From the NCBI GenBank assembly GCA_000004985.1, contig GG738879.1: a stretch of DNA of 64,000 bases. One strand, 5' to 3'. Made by a program: the position numbers and the translations under genes. This stretch comes from Naegleria gruberi (lineage: Eukaryota). The notes under the pieces are model-generated. The model was not told where the DNA came from, did no database searches, and saw nothing but the letters and a program-made list of their open reading frames with translations. Below, in pieces: positions 53,563 through 64,000 of the stretch. Numbering within the stretch: the stretch's first letter is position 1; the number at the start of each line of letters is the position of its first letter.

Positions 53563-54834
53563 TTAATTTCCTTTACTTTCCCATTGAGATAGAATTTCTT
53601 TGGCTTGAGCATTCTCAGGTTCCACTTCAATAACTCTTCTTAAAAAGCTTAATGCTTGTTCATCTTGTTTGAGGAGTTTGAACATGATTGCGGCAGTGAA
53701 GAGGGCTCTACTATTGTTTGGATTCAATTGTACACCCTTCAAACAACTTTCCAAAGAAGTGTCGAGGTTTTTCATTTCAAAGAGAAGATCTGCCTTGGTA
53801 AGATATAAATTGGATAGCAATTCAGTGTTGGATGGGTCAATCTTTTCAATAATTCCAATTACTGTATCGGTATCTTGAATGCAGCGTTCAAAATCACCAG
53901 CTCTCAAATAACATTCAGCTCTAGTATAGTAGGCATTGAATCGAATATCATTGCTGCTCATTGCACTGCTTGTTTGAGAAGTATCCTGCTTTTCAAAATC
54001 GTTAATAATAATTGTCAAATCATTGATTGCTTGTTCAAATTCTCCCAAATTCACATGACAAAGTGCCTTAAAATAGTAACAAGCACTTGCATCAAGAGTT
54101 GAAATTTGACTAGCAGTCATGACAAGCTTTTCATTATCAACCTTTTGTTCACTCAAAACCTTAATCATTTCAGTAAAATCAGCAATTGCTTCTCTAAACT
54201 TTTGCAAGTGGAAATAACAAGAAGCTCTATTATAAAATCCAAGAGTATGTGATCCATGATCCTTAAATTCCAAAACCTTACTATAATGTTGAATAGCATC
54301 TTCATATTTCTCCATAGATTTCACACAATTTCCAGCTCCGAGCCATGCCTTAACAATCACATCTCCATAATACCCACGATGCTCATCAGTCAATGCACTT
54401 TCATAAATCTCAATAAATCTACAATATTCATCAAAACCATCTTGAAATTTCCCCATAAATTCCAAAGTATTGGCAATCTGGAAAACTATGGATGGATTAT
54501 TTGGTTCCAACTCTTCGGCATGAACAAAATGTTCCAAAGCCTTTGGAAAATTCCTTTGTGAATATTCTTCCATTCCCGAATTAAAAAGTACTTCGGCAGG
54601 ATTTGTTGTTGTATAATTATTGTTATTGCTATTGCTATTAGTATCATGATGATCTTCTCGGATCATGGATGTTAATGAAAAATGTCTTTTTTGGCAATTG
54701 TTAATACTATTAGTATTGCCAAGCTTTCTGAAATTAATTAAATTGAAAGAAGACCTCTTGATTCTCTGAATGATGGTGGTTCGGTTGAACAATAATTTTT
54801 GAGAACAAGTTTTGCCAAGCTTGGAGAGCAACAT
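53563..54834 (-). CDS. Tetratricopeptide-repeat (TPR) protein
   Basis: Multiple 34-aa TPR-like units (..ALEHFVHAEELEPNNPSIVFQIANTLEFMGKF.., ..AWLGAGNCVKSMEKYEDAIQHYSKVLE..). Basic N-terminal region. ATG at 54834. Confidence 0.7.
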   Translation of the reverse strand: MLLSKLGKTCSQKLLFNRTTIIQRIKRSSFNLINFRKLGNTNSINNCQKRHFSLTSMIREDHHDTNSNSNNNNYTTTNPAEVLFNSGMEEYSQRNFPKALEHFVHAEELEPNNPSIVFQIANTLEFMGKFQDGFDEYCRFIEIYESALTDEHRGYYGDVIVKAWLGAGNCVKSMEKYEDAIQHYSKVLEFKDHGSHTLGFYNRASCYFHLQKFREAIADFTEMIKVLSEQKVDNEKLVMTASQISTLDASACYYFKALCHVNLGEFEQAINDLTIIINDFEKQDTSQTSSAMSSNDIRFNAYYTRAECYLRAGDFERCIQDTDTVIGIIEKIDPSNTELLSNLYLTKADLLFEMKNLDTSLESCLKGVQLNPNNSRALFTAAIMFKLLKQDEQALSFLRRVIEVEPENAQAKEILSQWESKGN

Positions 54835-55215
54835 TTTTTTAATCTTGTTTTCAATCAGTTTTGTGTGTTCAGGCCTTTCGTTTACTGGTCTTTGTAATAA
54901 TCATATTTTGGAGTCTAGGTATTCGAAATATTGCTGGAGATTTAGTAGTTGTTGGAAAATGAAAAGAACAAACGATTATTTGGATCAGCAGATCTTGAAT
55001 GATGATGGAAGGTCAATCAAGGTCACATCTCCAACAAGGAATTGAGAAATGAAAAATCGAAATCACTCTTCAGAATGAAACACTTTGATAGAAGGGATAA
55101 ATTGTCAAGATCTACCAACAACAATCATATTACAATACATGCTGCATTCATCACTTAAAAAAAAACGCCAACAAGAAACGTGTGTTGATTTTCAATCACT
55201 CCACAGTCACACAGT

Positions 55216-57114
55216 ATGGTTTTATCCGTTAGCAACAAGGTTATTCTCGACAATTTCGAAAGAACCTCTCCACTATCTTGGACATTTAGTAATGGAGCAG
55301 AGTTTCCTGGTGCTGTGGGATCTCTTTCTTTGGCTCCTAATCAAGGATATGATGGCTCAACAGGTCTTAAATTATCATTCAATTTGACAGCTGGTAATTA
55401 TGTTGCTGCAAGTTATCACTTGCCACAGACACAAACTTTCACAATTTTGGGGTTCAAAGCGTTGGCACCTGTCAATAATTTGTTCAGTGTGAGAATTTCT
55501 GATCAGACTGGACAAGTTTTTCAATACAGAGCATTGAGGTTATTTGAACAATATGAAAGAGAATGGGCAGATATCATGGTAAATATCAATACATCACCAA
55601 CTTCCTCATGGGGAGGTGCTGCTGATAGAGTTATTCATTTCCCAATTAAGGCAATTAGTATCTTGACTGAAATTGCTGAGAAGGGAACTAGTCAAGATGT
55701 TGGTTACGTTATCATTGATGATGTTTTTGTTTCTAATCAATCAGTTATTGATTTGGATGTGACAAATTTTGTCAAAAGTCCATTCGTAGGTCAAAATGAA
55801 GATGGAATTGACATGCTATCAAGAATGGGTGTCAATATTCACTTTACAAGTGATGACAAAGGATTAGATGCTGTCAAAGAAGGTGGTTTCTCGTGGATTA
55901 GAATGGATTTGTTCTGGTCAACAGTTGAAACAACCAAGCAAGTTTACAATTTCTCTTCTTATGACACCTTATTGACTGCGTTGAAATTGAGAGGATTGAA
56001 AGCATTATTCATTCTGACCTATTCCAATACTCTCTACACTGGAAGTTCCTCTACTCCACCAACTACAGATATAGCCATCGAAGCTTTTGCTAATTATAGT
56101 AGAGCAGCTGCTATACATTACGCTAATGAGAATGTTATTTTCGAGGTTTACAATGAGGCAGATCGTCATGGATTCACTCCAACTACTTATGCTGCATTAT
56201 CAAAAGCTGCACTAGCTGCCATTAGAGAGGGAAATCCGAATGCTCAAGTTTCTACAACTGGTGTTGCTGGTTTTTCGTATGGTTTTGTGAGAGGTTTCAC
56301 ATCTGAAGGTGGTGCTGCCTCAAAGAATGGTTCTCAATTGTTTTCTGGAATAGGATTGCATCCTTATGGAGTTGGTGGTCCTAAATCACCTTTTGGAAGA
56401 TTCCCTGGTTTGACTAGAAAGTTCAGATCAATTATTAATGATAATATCAATGCCACTCTTCAAGGACACGCATCTACATTGAAAAGTGCTCAAACATCTT
56501 TGATTTCTACTGTGCCACCTGTTTGGGATACCGAATGGGGTCTCTCAGCAACTGATTTCGACTCCAATTCGAATGGATTGGACGAAACCGCATTGAGACT
56601 TCATGCTAATAATGTAGTAGGAAGATTACTCTCCTCATGCGCAGTTGGTTTCCCAATTTTCATTTATTACGATTTGAGAAATGATGGAGTTATACCAACA
56701 AATAGAGAACACAATTTCGGTTTGCTTTTCAATAATTATACTGACAAGCCAGCCATGAAAGCTGTCAAGCAATTGAGTTCAATGGTAAGAAATAGATTAT
56801 TTGATGGATTTATTCAAATTGAACACCCTTCTGTAACTGCCATGAGGTTTAAAAGTTCAAACGATTCAGTTGTTATCTTGTTGCCAACTGAAAGTGGAGC
56901 TTCAGTTATTGTTAAGGCAAATAATGCCAGTTCAGTAGTGGATATTTTTGGCAGAAATGTAACTGTTTCAAAAGATAATACGTTTATGGTGAAGGAAACT
57001 GAAGGATTGGTCTATGTAACTTTTGTGACGCCTAAAGAAACACCAACCGTATGTCAACCAACAGTTCAAACATCAAACAGCACAAATATTTCATCACCTG
57101 AGAAGGTAATTTGA
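55216..57114 (+). CDS. Glycoside hydrolase family 5-like enzyme with N-terminal beta-rich domain
   Basis: ..IHYANENVIFEVYNEADRHG.. contains the NE acid/base motif. ..VWDTEWGLS.. contains the TEWG nucleophile motif. No obvious signal peptide at the annotated ATG (55216). Confidence 0.6.
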   Translation: MVLSVSNKVILDNFERTSPLSWTFSNGAEFPGAVGSLSLAPNQGYDGSTGLKLSFNLTAGNYVAASYHLPQTQTFTILGFKALAPVNNLFSVRISDQTGQVFQYRALRLFEQYEREWADIMVNINTSPTSSWGGAADRVIHFPIKAISILTEIAEKGTSQDVGYVIIDDVFVSNQSVIDLDVTNFVKSPFVGQNEDGIDMLSRMGVNIHFTSDDKGLDAVKEGGFSWIRMDLFWSTVETTKQVYNFSSYDTLLTALKLRGLKALFILTYSNTLYTGSSSTPPTTDIAIEAFANYSRAAAIHYANENVIFEVYNEADRHGFTPTTYAALSKAALAAIREGNPNAQVSTTGVAGFSYGFVRGFTSEGGAASKNGSQLFSGIGLHPYGVGGPKSPFGRFPGLTRKFRSIINDNINATLQGHASTLKSAQTSLISTVPPVWDTEWGLSATDFDSNSNGLDETALRLHANNVVGRLLSSCAVGFPIFIYYDLRNDGVIPTNREHNFGLLFNNYTDKPAMKAVKQLSSMVRNRLFDGFIQIEHPSVTAMRFKSSNDSVVILLPTESGASVIVKANNASSVVDIFGRNVTVSKDNTFMVKETEGLVYVTFVTPKETPTVCQPTVQTSNSTNISSPEKVI

Positions 57115-57200
57115 AATTCCTGCTTCTTTATCAATGATCAAAAATAAAGAAAACTGCAAAAGGAAACATAATTTTATTAAGGATTTTTGATACCATGCCA

Positions 57201-57274
57201 GCCTTCCTAGCTCAGTTGGCAGTAGCGCTGTCCTAGTAAGACAGAGGTCTTGGGTTCGATTCCCAAGGGAGGCA
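57201..57274 (+). tRNA. tRNA-Thr (anticodon AGT)
   Basis: Acceptor GCCTTCC/GGGAGGC (one G-U pair). Anticodon stem CTGTC/GACAG with loop CTAGTAA. T arm CTTGGGTTCGATTCCCAAG. Discriminator A. Confidence 0.8.
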
Positions 57275-57313
57275 TCTTTTAGCTGGATTAAGGTTTCATT
57301 CTGCCTTTATTTA

Positions 57314-60069
57314 CTATTTAGTGTCCAATCGATCTTCAAAAGCCCATGAGCTTCGCATACTAACATCGTCCACCATTTCTCTGAGTTTTTCCAATCTCAT
57401 ATTCGCCACGAAATCAGTCGGATCTCTGCTCACAACCTTTCCAAATAACTCAATCGCCTTCACCACATCTTCACTTTTAAGATTATTCATAGTTGAGCTC
57501 ATGTTCATGGAATCCACCACCCCAAAAGTGTGTTTCTGTCCATCAATTGTAAGCTTATCTGGAACGCATTCACCATGAGAGTAACTTCCAAACATTATCT
57601 CGATTGCATCTTCAAAGTTGGTCTTGTTTTTGGCTTTCAATTCGTGCGAGTTATTCGAAACTGTTGAAGGTGTTCTTGTGAGAATTTCAAATACCCAACT
57701 TGCTTGTTGTCTTCCAACAACTGCTAAGCGGCCTATTTTTCTTTGATTCCTCTTTGGAAGAAGTGGAGATGTTTCAATTACTTCCTTCGTAACGAGAATG
57801 TCAACTCTGTAATGTTTAGTCAAAGATTCCAAACGAGCTGCCAAATTGACAGTATCTCCAATAATGGTTGGATCAACTCTTTGATCTTCACCAATCAATC
57901 CAACTGCACATTTACCTCTTGCAATTCCAATTCCAACTCTAACTGTTGGATATTTCTTACTCTTATTGAATTCTAATAATCTTCTTTGTATTTCCATTGC
58001 TGCCAAAACAGATTGACCAGGAGTTAAAAACAATGCCAAAATACCATCACCCAAATACTTGTCAATATATCCACCATGTTCTCTCACAACTGGTCCAACC
58101 AATGACAGATAATTATTCAAAAATTCAAAAGTCTCATCTGGTGTCATCTTTTCACAAATACTTGTATAACCTCTAATGTCAGCAAACAACACATCCAATT
58201 CCATTTCAAAGTAATCTCCGTGCGTAAGGTCCATTACACTCTCCTTCTGAACAATCGACATGAATTCCTTTGGAACAAATTTGTGAACTGTCTCATTGTG
58301 CAATCTTAACAAGTCCTGAATGGTCCTCGAAAAGATTAACGACATAATTGATGAAAGGAAAATTCCCATAATTCCACCCACTGTATATCCTATCAATTCC
58401 TTAATAGCAAGCCCCTCTGATTCATTCTGATCCAACAAAATATCATCCCTAATCATATTCTCAATAGTTTTCAATTCATCGATTTTTTGTGTAATATTCC
58501 AGAACCAATTTTGAGCTGTAAAAATTGTCTTGGCATAGGTCAAATTGAAAGGAGAGGCCAATATGTATGATTCCATCATGTTTGTAACGGTCGCATTATT
58601 CACACTCAATGAAAGTTGCTCAAAATATTTGAAAGATCCAACATTTCTAGATTTGGCATCAATGATTGTGAACATGGTATCAAATCTTGATCTCAAATAC
58701 AAGTAACTGACATAGAAATCATTGGTAAAGGCACCAGCAGCTAATCCATTACTCACAGTAGCTCTCTTCTGACCCAAACTTTCCTTCATGACCATTAGGA
58801 GTGAATAAATATTCGATTTGATAAGAAAATCTGGATCTCTACCTAAACTTGTCGCCACATTTACAATATCAATCATATTCTTAATGATGGTAGTATAGAA
58901 ATCGAGAGCTACCTTCGCCACTGGAAATTTCAATGTTGAAATATTGTAACGATGAGCAGAGAGTATATGAAACGATGCATCAATCATATCGAGAGTTGGT
59001 TCAACTTTTTGTTTGGCAATTGTTTCGTCTTTTGCATAGGTAAAATAATCAATAATCCCCTTTTTTGTCGCATTCCAATTCAGTAATTGTAAATCTGTTG
59101 CATTTCGTTGTAAATCAAGCTCAGTAGTAAATGAGGTACCTTTCGAACCTAAATATAAAGAAGAAGAACCTCTTTCTTTTTGAATTTCATGAATAATATC
59201 CGAAATACCAGTTGTGAATATGGTAAGAAGAGTGTTGGCATCAGATTCTTTCACTCTCTTTCATCAAATTCAGTTTCGAATAATTACAATAAGAAACTTA
59301 CCAAAACTGAATAATTAATTAAAATTCCTTCAAATACTATCATACAAGCTAAAGAAAAGATAAAAATCAGAAGTAATTTGATAGAAAGTGGAATCTTTGC
59401 CAATATTTTTGATAAAGTCCACTTTCTTGCTTCCTTTTTCGAGACAACACTATACGAAATGTTAGAAGAAATACTGGAAGAAACTCCCATCATATTCTTT
59501 TCATATGAAGACCTAGACCCTGTATCCATTGTTCCTTCCTCAAGTGTTGTCAAATAATCTCCCTTCATATCATTTTCCTCAGCTTGTTTCGAATAAGTAC
59601 TTAGTGAACTAACTGATTTCTCCTTTTGCAATAAACTAATTTCCTTAGAACTTCTCAATGAATTCATTGTTGAACCTTGTTTTAGAAGAAAGTTGGTGTT
59701 GAGTGTTTTTTGAGTTCGAACCGAAACTAAACTTGGTTTACTCGCACTAGAACTCATGGCACCTAGATTAAGAGGAGTAATTTGATTTCGTTTAGGAGGA
59801 TTACTTTCAGGTCGAGAAACATGATGCTGATGAAGAAATAAATCTTCTGACTTGTTAGAAACTTTAGACGAATCGCCTACTATTGTATTCCTATCGTGCT
59901 GTTCTTCGTTCATTATTGAGGAAAGTCTTTGATGTTGTATGGATGATGTTTCGTCTATTGAATTCGAAAGTAATTCATCAGTTGTAGCACGGTGATGGTG
60001 TTCATGCGGAGAAGATGAATTACTACTACTACCGGAAGAAGATGTATGTTGCTTATACTTGTCAGACAT
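57314..60069 (-). CDS. Receptor-type class III nucleotidyl cyclase (Lys/Asp specificity residues suggest adenylyl), 2 exons, about 903 aa
   Basis: Exon 1 is 59302..60069 (Ser/His-rich N-terminus then TM LLLIFIFSLACMIVFEGILI). A 44-nt intron spans 59258..59301 (GTAAGT..GAAAG). Exon 2 is 57314..59257: about 270-aa helical sensor region, second TM, then a cyclase homology domain (DVLFADIRGYTSICEKM..YIDKYLGDGILALF..RVDPTIIGDTVNLAARLES). The track ORF 57314..59254 starts at a GTG, not ATG. Confidence 0.85.
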
Positions 60070-60422
60070 GCTATAGTCAATTTTTCAAAGAACTCATGCA
60101 CAGCTGTTTCGAATGAAATGTTTTTTTAAGAGATACTTAAAGTATAGTTCTCTAAGATTCGGTTAATTGTTGGTGAAAACGTAAAAGAACTGAATCATAT
60201 TCTTAATGTTTTATGAGAGAGAAACTTCAACGAATCAACCCTTGGATAGAATAATCGAAACAGATATCTCCTTCGCTTCCTATACATAATAAAGGAAAGA
60301 ATTGTAATTTTTAGTAGTGACTACTACCGCTCTGCTCATCTTACGAATATTCAATCTAGAATTTCCCTCCAAAAAACATCACCCTCTCAAAACAAACCAC
60401 ACCAATTGACCATTCCAATCAT

Positions 60423-63026
60423 TTATTTAAAATCAAGTCGATCTTCAAATGACCACATTGTATTGGCACTCAAAATTTCTTCCAATTTTGTTATTCTCAT
60501 TTGAACTAAATAATCCTGCGAGTCAACTTCTTGAATTTGTTTCAGATAATCAAGTGCTTGAATTGGATTAAACAAATCCTTTTCATACATCATGGCAATG
60601 GATGCTTCGAATTTATCCTTATGTTTCTTCTTACTGTCAACTGAACCAAAAGATGGAGATTCTGTCAAAATTTCAAATATGGTGCATGATTGTTGTCTTC
60701 CAACAACTGCAATCTTTCCAATATTTCTGTATTTGGCATTGGATAAAAGTGGTGATGAATCAATTACATCTCTTGTTACCATAATGTCAACTCTGTAATG
60801 TTTAGTCAAAGATTCCAAACGAGCTGCCAAATTGACAGTATCTCCAATTATGGTTGGATCAACTCTTTGATCTTCACCAATCAATCCAACTGCACATTTT
60901 CCTCTTGCAATTCCAATTCCAACTCTAACTGTTGGATATTTCTTACTCTTATTGAATTCTAATAATCTTCTTTGTAATTCCATTGCTGCTAAAACAGATT
61001 GACCAGGAGTTAAAAACAATGCCAAAATACCATCACCCAAATACTTGTCAATATATCCACCATGTTCTCTCACAACTGGTCCAACCAATGACAAATAATT
61101 ATTCAAAAACTCAAACGTCTCATCTGGTGTCATCTTTTCACAAATACTCGTATAACCTCTAATGTCAGCAAACAACACATCCAATTCCATTTCAAAGTAA
61201 TCACCATGATTCAAATCCATGACGCTATCCTTTTGAACAATCGACATGAATTCCTTTGGAACAAACTTGTGAACTGTCTCATTGTGCAACCTTAACAAAT
61301 CTTGAATAGTCCTTGAAAAGATTACAGCCAAAATGATAGAAGCAATTACAACACTGAAACCACCAACACAATAACCCATAAGAGAATCTTTGGCCGATGA
61401 TTCAATACTTTGCGAGTTATTAAATATGCCATCTCTAATGTTATCTTCCACTACTTTTAATTCATCAATCTTGGTAGTCACATTCCAAAACCAATTCTCT
61501 GCAGAAAACACCGATTGGGCTTTTGTTAAATTGAATGGTGAAGACAACATGTATGATTCCATCATATCAACAACAGCGTTACTCTTTACATATCCAGTTA
61601 ATTGTTGATAGTATCCAAGACTATCCCTGTTCCTCGATTTGGCATCAATGACCATGTACATGGTATCATATCTTGACTTTAAATATAAAAAGTTTACATA
61701 GAGATCATTGGTGAAAGCACCAGCAGCCACAGCATTACTACCAACAGCTCTTCTCTGACCTAAACTTTCCTTCATGACCATCAAGAGTGTATAGATGTTG
61801 GTCACGACGAGGAATTTACGATCTTCAGCCAAAGCAGCCAATACAGACACCACATCAATCATATTCTTAATGCAATTTGTGAAAAAATCCAATGCAGGTT
61901 TGGCCACTGGAAATTGTAAATTTGAAATCTTTTCTCTGTGAGAAGGCAGGACATTCAAATAGATATTCTCAATAATTTGAATAACTGTATACGTCTGATT
62001 CCTTGTAATTTCATCTTGTTCTATCAGTAAATCGAAAAATTCTGCAATAGAAGCCCTAGTTTCATTCCATTTAGAGAGGGCAAGGTTTGTGGCATTCCTC
62101 TGTGTAGCCAATTCAACCACAAACTTTTTACCTTTACCACCAAGAAAGAGTGATGAAGATCCACGTTCCTTTTGCAGTTCGTGGATGATTTGGGCAATAT
62201 TGGTGGAGAAGGTCGTTAATTTCTGAATACTCTGTGCTTCAAGAACTCGCTATATAGAGTAAGGGCCAACACCATGTTATTGTTATTGTGGAAAATCAGA
62301 GTTGTAATGAAACATCAATAAGAAAAATTGACAAATACCCAATTAAGGGATGAAACATACCTTTGCAGAATCATTCACTAATATGGCTCCAAAAACCACA
62401 AGCGAAATGATTGATAAAATCACAATAAAGAAAAGTTTCACAGGAAGAGGAATCATGGCAACGAGTTTTGAAAAGCTTACTCTCTTCTTTCGTTGCTGGT
62501 TTCTACTGACGATAGAGTAAGAGACTACTGATGAGGATATCGATTTCTGCGTGATTGACGTTCTCATCTTTTCCATGTCATCAAATGGATCTGTCTTGGC
62601 AAGATTTTGAAGGTTATTATCAAAGTTTTTAGAACTGGTGATACTGGATAGGAGTGAGCTCTGCGTTTTAACTGCAACTGTCTTGGATTCCTTCTTTTGA
62701 GTAGAGTTGTTTTTATAGTGATGATTCGGTTTGGATGAATTCATGGGAGAAACCTTTGCCTTAGAAGAGAAGAATATTGAGGTACTTAAGGTATTTGTTG
62801 TATTCCTTGTTGATTCTTCTTGTTGTTGCTCTTCATCTTGTTGTTGTTCTTCTTCAATGGTTGTACTCTTTTGATACGAAGGAGCATTTCCTTCCTCACT
62901 ATATGGTTTCTGAACGGGTGAGGGATCCTCTTCCAGAGTAGTAGTCCCACTCACAGTGTATCTATTCTCTCTATGTGAGAGATCCTGATGATGTTCCTCA
63001 TGATGTTGATGCTGATGATTTGTCAT
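60423..63026 (-). CDS. Tandem paralogue of the receptor-type class III cyclase, 2 exons, about 830 aa
   Basis: Exon 1 is 62361..63026 (true ATG at 63026; the track start at 63059 is TTG), ending ..FGAILVNDSAK. A 111-nt intron spans 62250..62360 (GTATGT..TATATAG). Exon 2 is 60423..62249, beginning RVLEAQSIQKLTTFSTNIAQIIHELQKERGSSSLF. The intron position and phase are identical to the paralogue (both second exons begin RV..). The catalytic domain is about 90% identical to gene 1. Confidence 0.85.
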
Positions 63027-64000
63027 TTGGTGTGAATTTGTTTTTTTCTGTTGTACCAAGAGATAGATGCAAACACAGCAAAACGCTCATTCACACTCCT
63101 TGTGACTTGGAAATATAGTAAAATTCGCAATGAAGCTGTTGCACACTGTAAGAGAATATTCAAATCCGTTTTTTCTGCTTCCCAACCCTTAATAAGATAT
63201 TAAGATATAATTTTAGGTAGAAAACTCTAAAGGCCAATAATATAACCACCGAAATTTATAGTAATAACCTGATAGTGAACAATAAACGCGATAATTCTTC
63301 AAGTATTAATAGCTGTAATTGAATAGAGAGCTTTCATTAATTTGTTAAGTTGGTTCGTGGATTGGAAAAGGTAGTTTTTAAATTATCTGACCACAACCTC
63401 CGATAGTTTAGTTAAAACTTGGTAGATACCACATTGTATTCCCATTCATCCAGTTTGATGTTGTATCAAATGGCGATTCATGCAAGAATCGCTTTTTAAT
63501 TTTGAACTACTTCTCCCTGAATCAATAAAGCAGTTTTACAAAAGAATCCCATGTCTATTTCTATCTTGGTGACATTGTTCGATTTGCATCTCGGTAACAT
63601 TACCTTTCTAGTTGTGGCTATCTCTGATTCTATTAACAAACTTTCCAAGTCCATTACCTTAATGTAGATAGCATATTACTGACTATATTTGAAGTTTATC
63701 CGTCCTTCTTAATTATATTTCTAAGATTCTTTACTGTATTGAAAATGTACAATGAACCAGTTGATGATGCATTTGAATCAGTTCATTGACAAAATTGATT
63801 CGAATTGCATTGGGGAAATGTTGAACGTAAACTGTTAACCTTGTGAGTTGTTGCTTTCTGTTTGCACATTGTAAACAACAAACCAAAACCAGTTTTATCT
63901 GGAAAATGGAATTTTAAAAATCATAAAAAAAATGCCCCGAATTACCACAAGTGACAAAAAGCGACGATTGAACAACAAGCGATATGATGAGTTTAGTAAG

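Noticed and set aside
57314-63059. Track start codons (M) at 59254, 63059, 11899, 27736, 8696, 8350, 35161, 34729, 44810, 41813
   Set aside because: Each corresponds to TTG or GTG in the sequence, not ATG. The track evidently allows alternative starts. Real starts were re-derived from the first ATG or from splice junctions.

Overview
This is an AT-rich, gene-dense eukaryotic nuclear chromosome end, about one gene per 1.8 kb, read with the standard genetic code. Introns are few and short, 40-111 nt apart from one of 501 nt, with GTAAGT, GTATGT, GTTTGT and GTAGGT donors and YAG acceptors. A flagellar gene (CFAP52/WDR16), yeast-like codon bias in actin, poly-N/Q tracts, and many G-protein signalling genes suggest a free-living flagellated protist. 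Naegleria-like heterolobosean is a low-confidence guess, and the TTTGGG telomere does not identify the lineage for me.

Layout: a terminal (CCCAAA)n telomere tract at 1-416, a subtelomeric ORF, an N gap, then a second same-orientation telomere tract at 2897-3296 followed by a duplicate of the same subtelomeric block. Next come a decayed tyrosine-recombinase (Crypton/DIRS-like) pseudogene and about 35 protein-coding genes. Recognised genes:
- actin
- a receptor-like RGS protein
- an ABCG half-transporter
- a severin/gelsolin
- an ABCA-like half-transporter
- a UvrD/Srs2-like helicase
- CFAP52
- acid ceramidase/NAAA
- an Mrt4/P0-like protein
- a 4-exon G-alpha
- an AIF/FSP1-like oxidoreductase
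- an F-box gene cluster
- an ornithine carbamoyltransferase-carbamate kinase fusion
- a 7TM receptor
- pirin
- a TPR protein
- a GH5 hydrolase
- two tandem receptor-type class III nucleotidyl cyclases

Four tRNA genes are present (Ser-AGA, Asp-GTC, Gly-GCC, Thr-AGT).

The ORF track called TTG/GTG starts as M and split several spliced genes, so I re-derived the intron junctions by hand.

The most interesting signals are:
- the two cyclases and the RGS protein share a two-TM extracellular sensor module
- G-alpha, RGS, a 7TM receptor and the cyclases all lie within 64 kb
- OTC and carbamate kinase are fused in one reading frame
- two telomere tracts with a duplicated subtelomere join at sites 64 bp apart
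- a 12-bp palindrome, TTTGGCGCCAAA, recurs in two promoters
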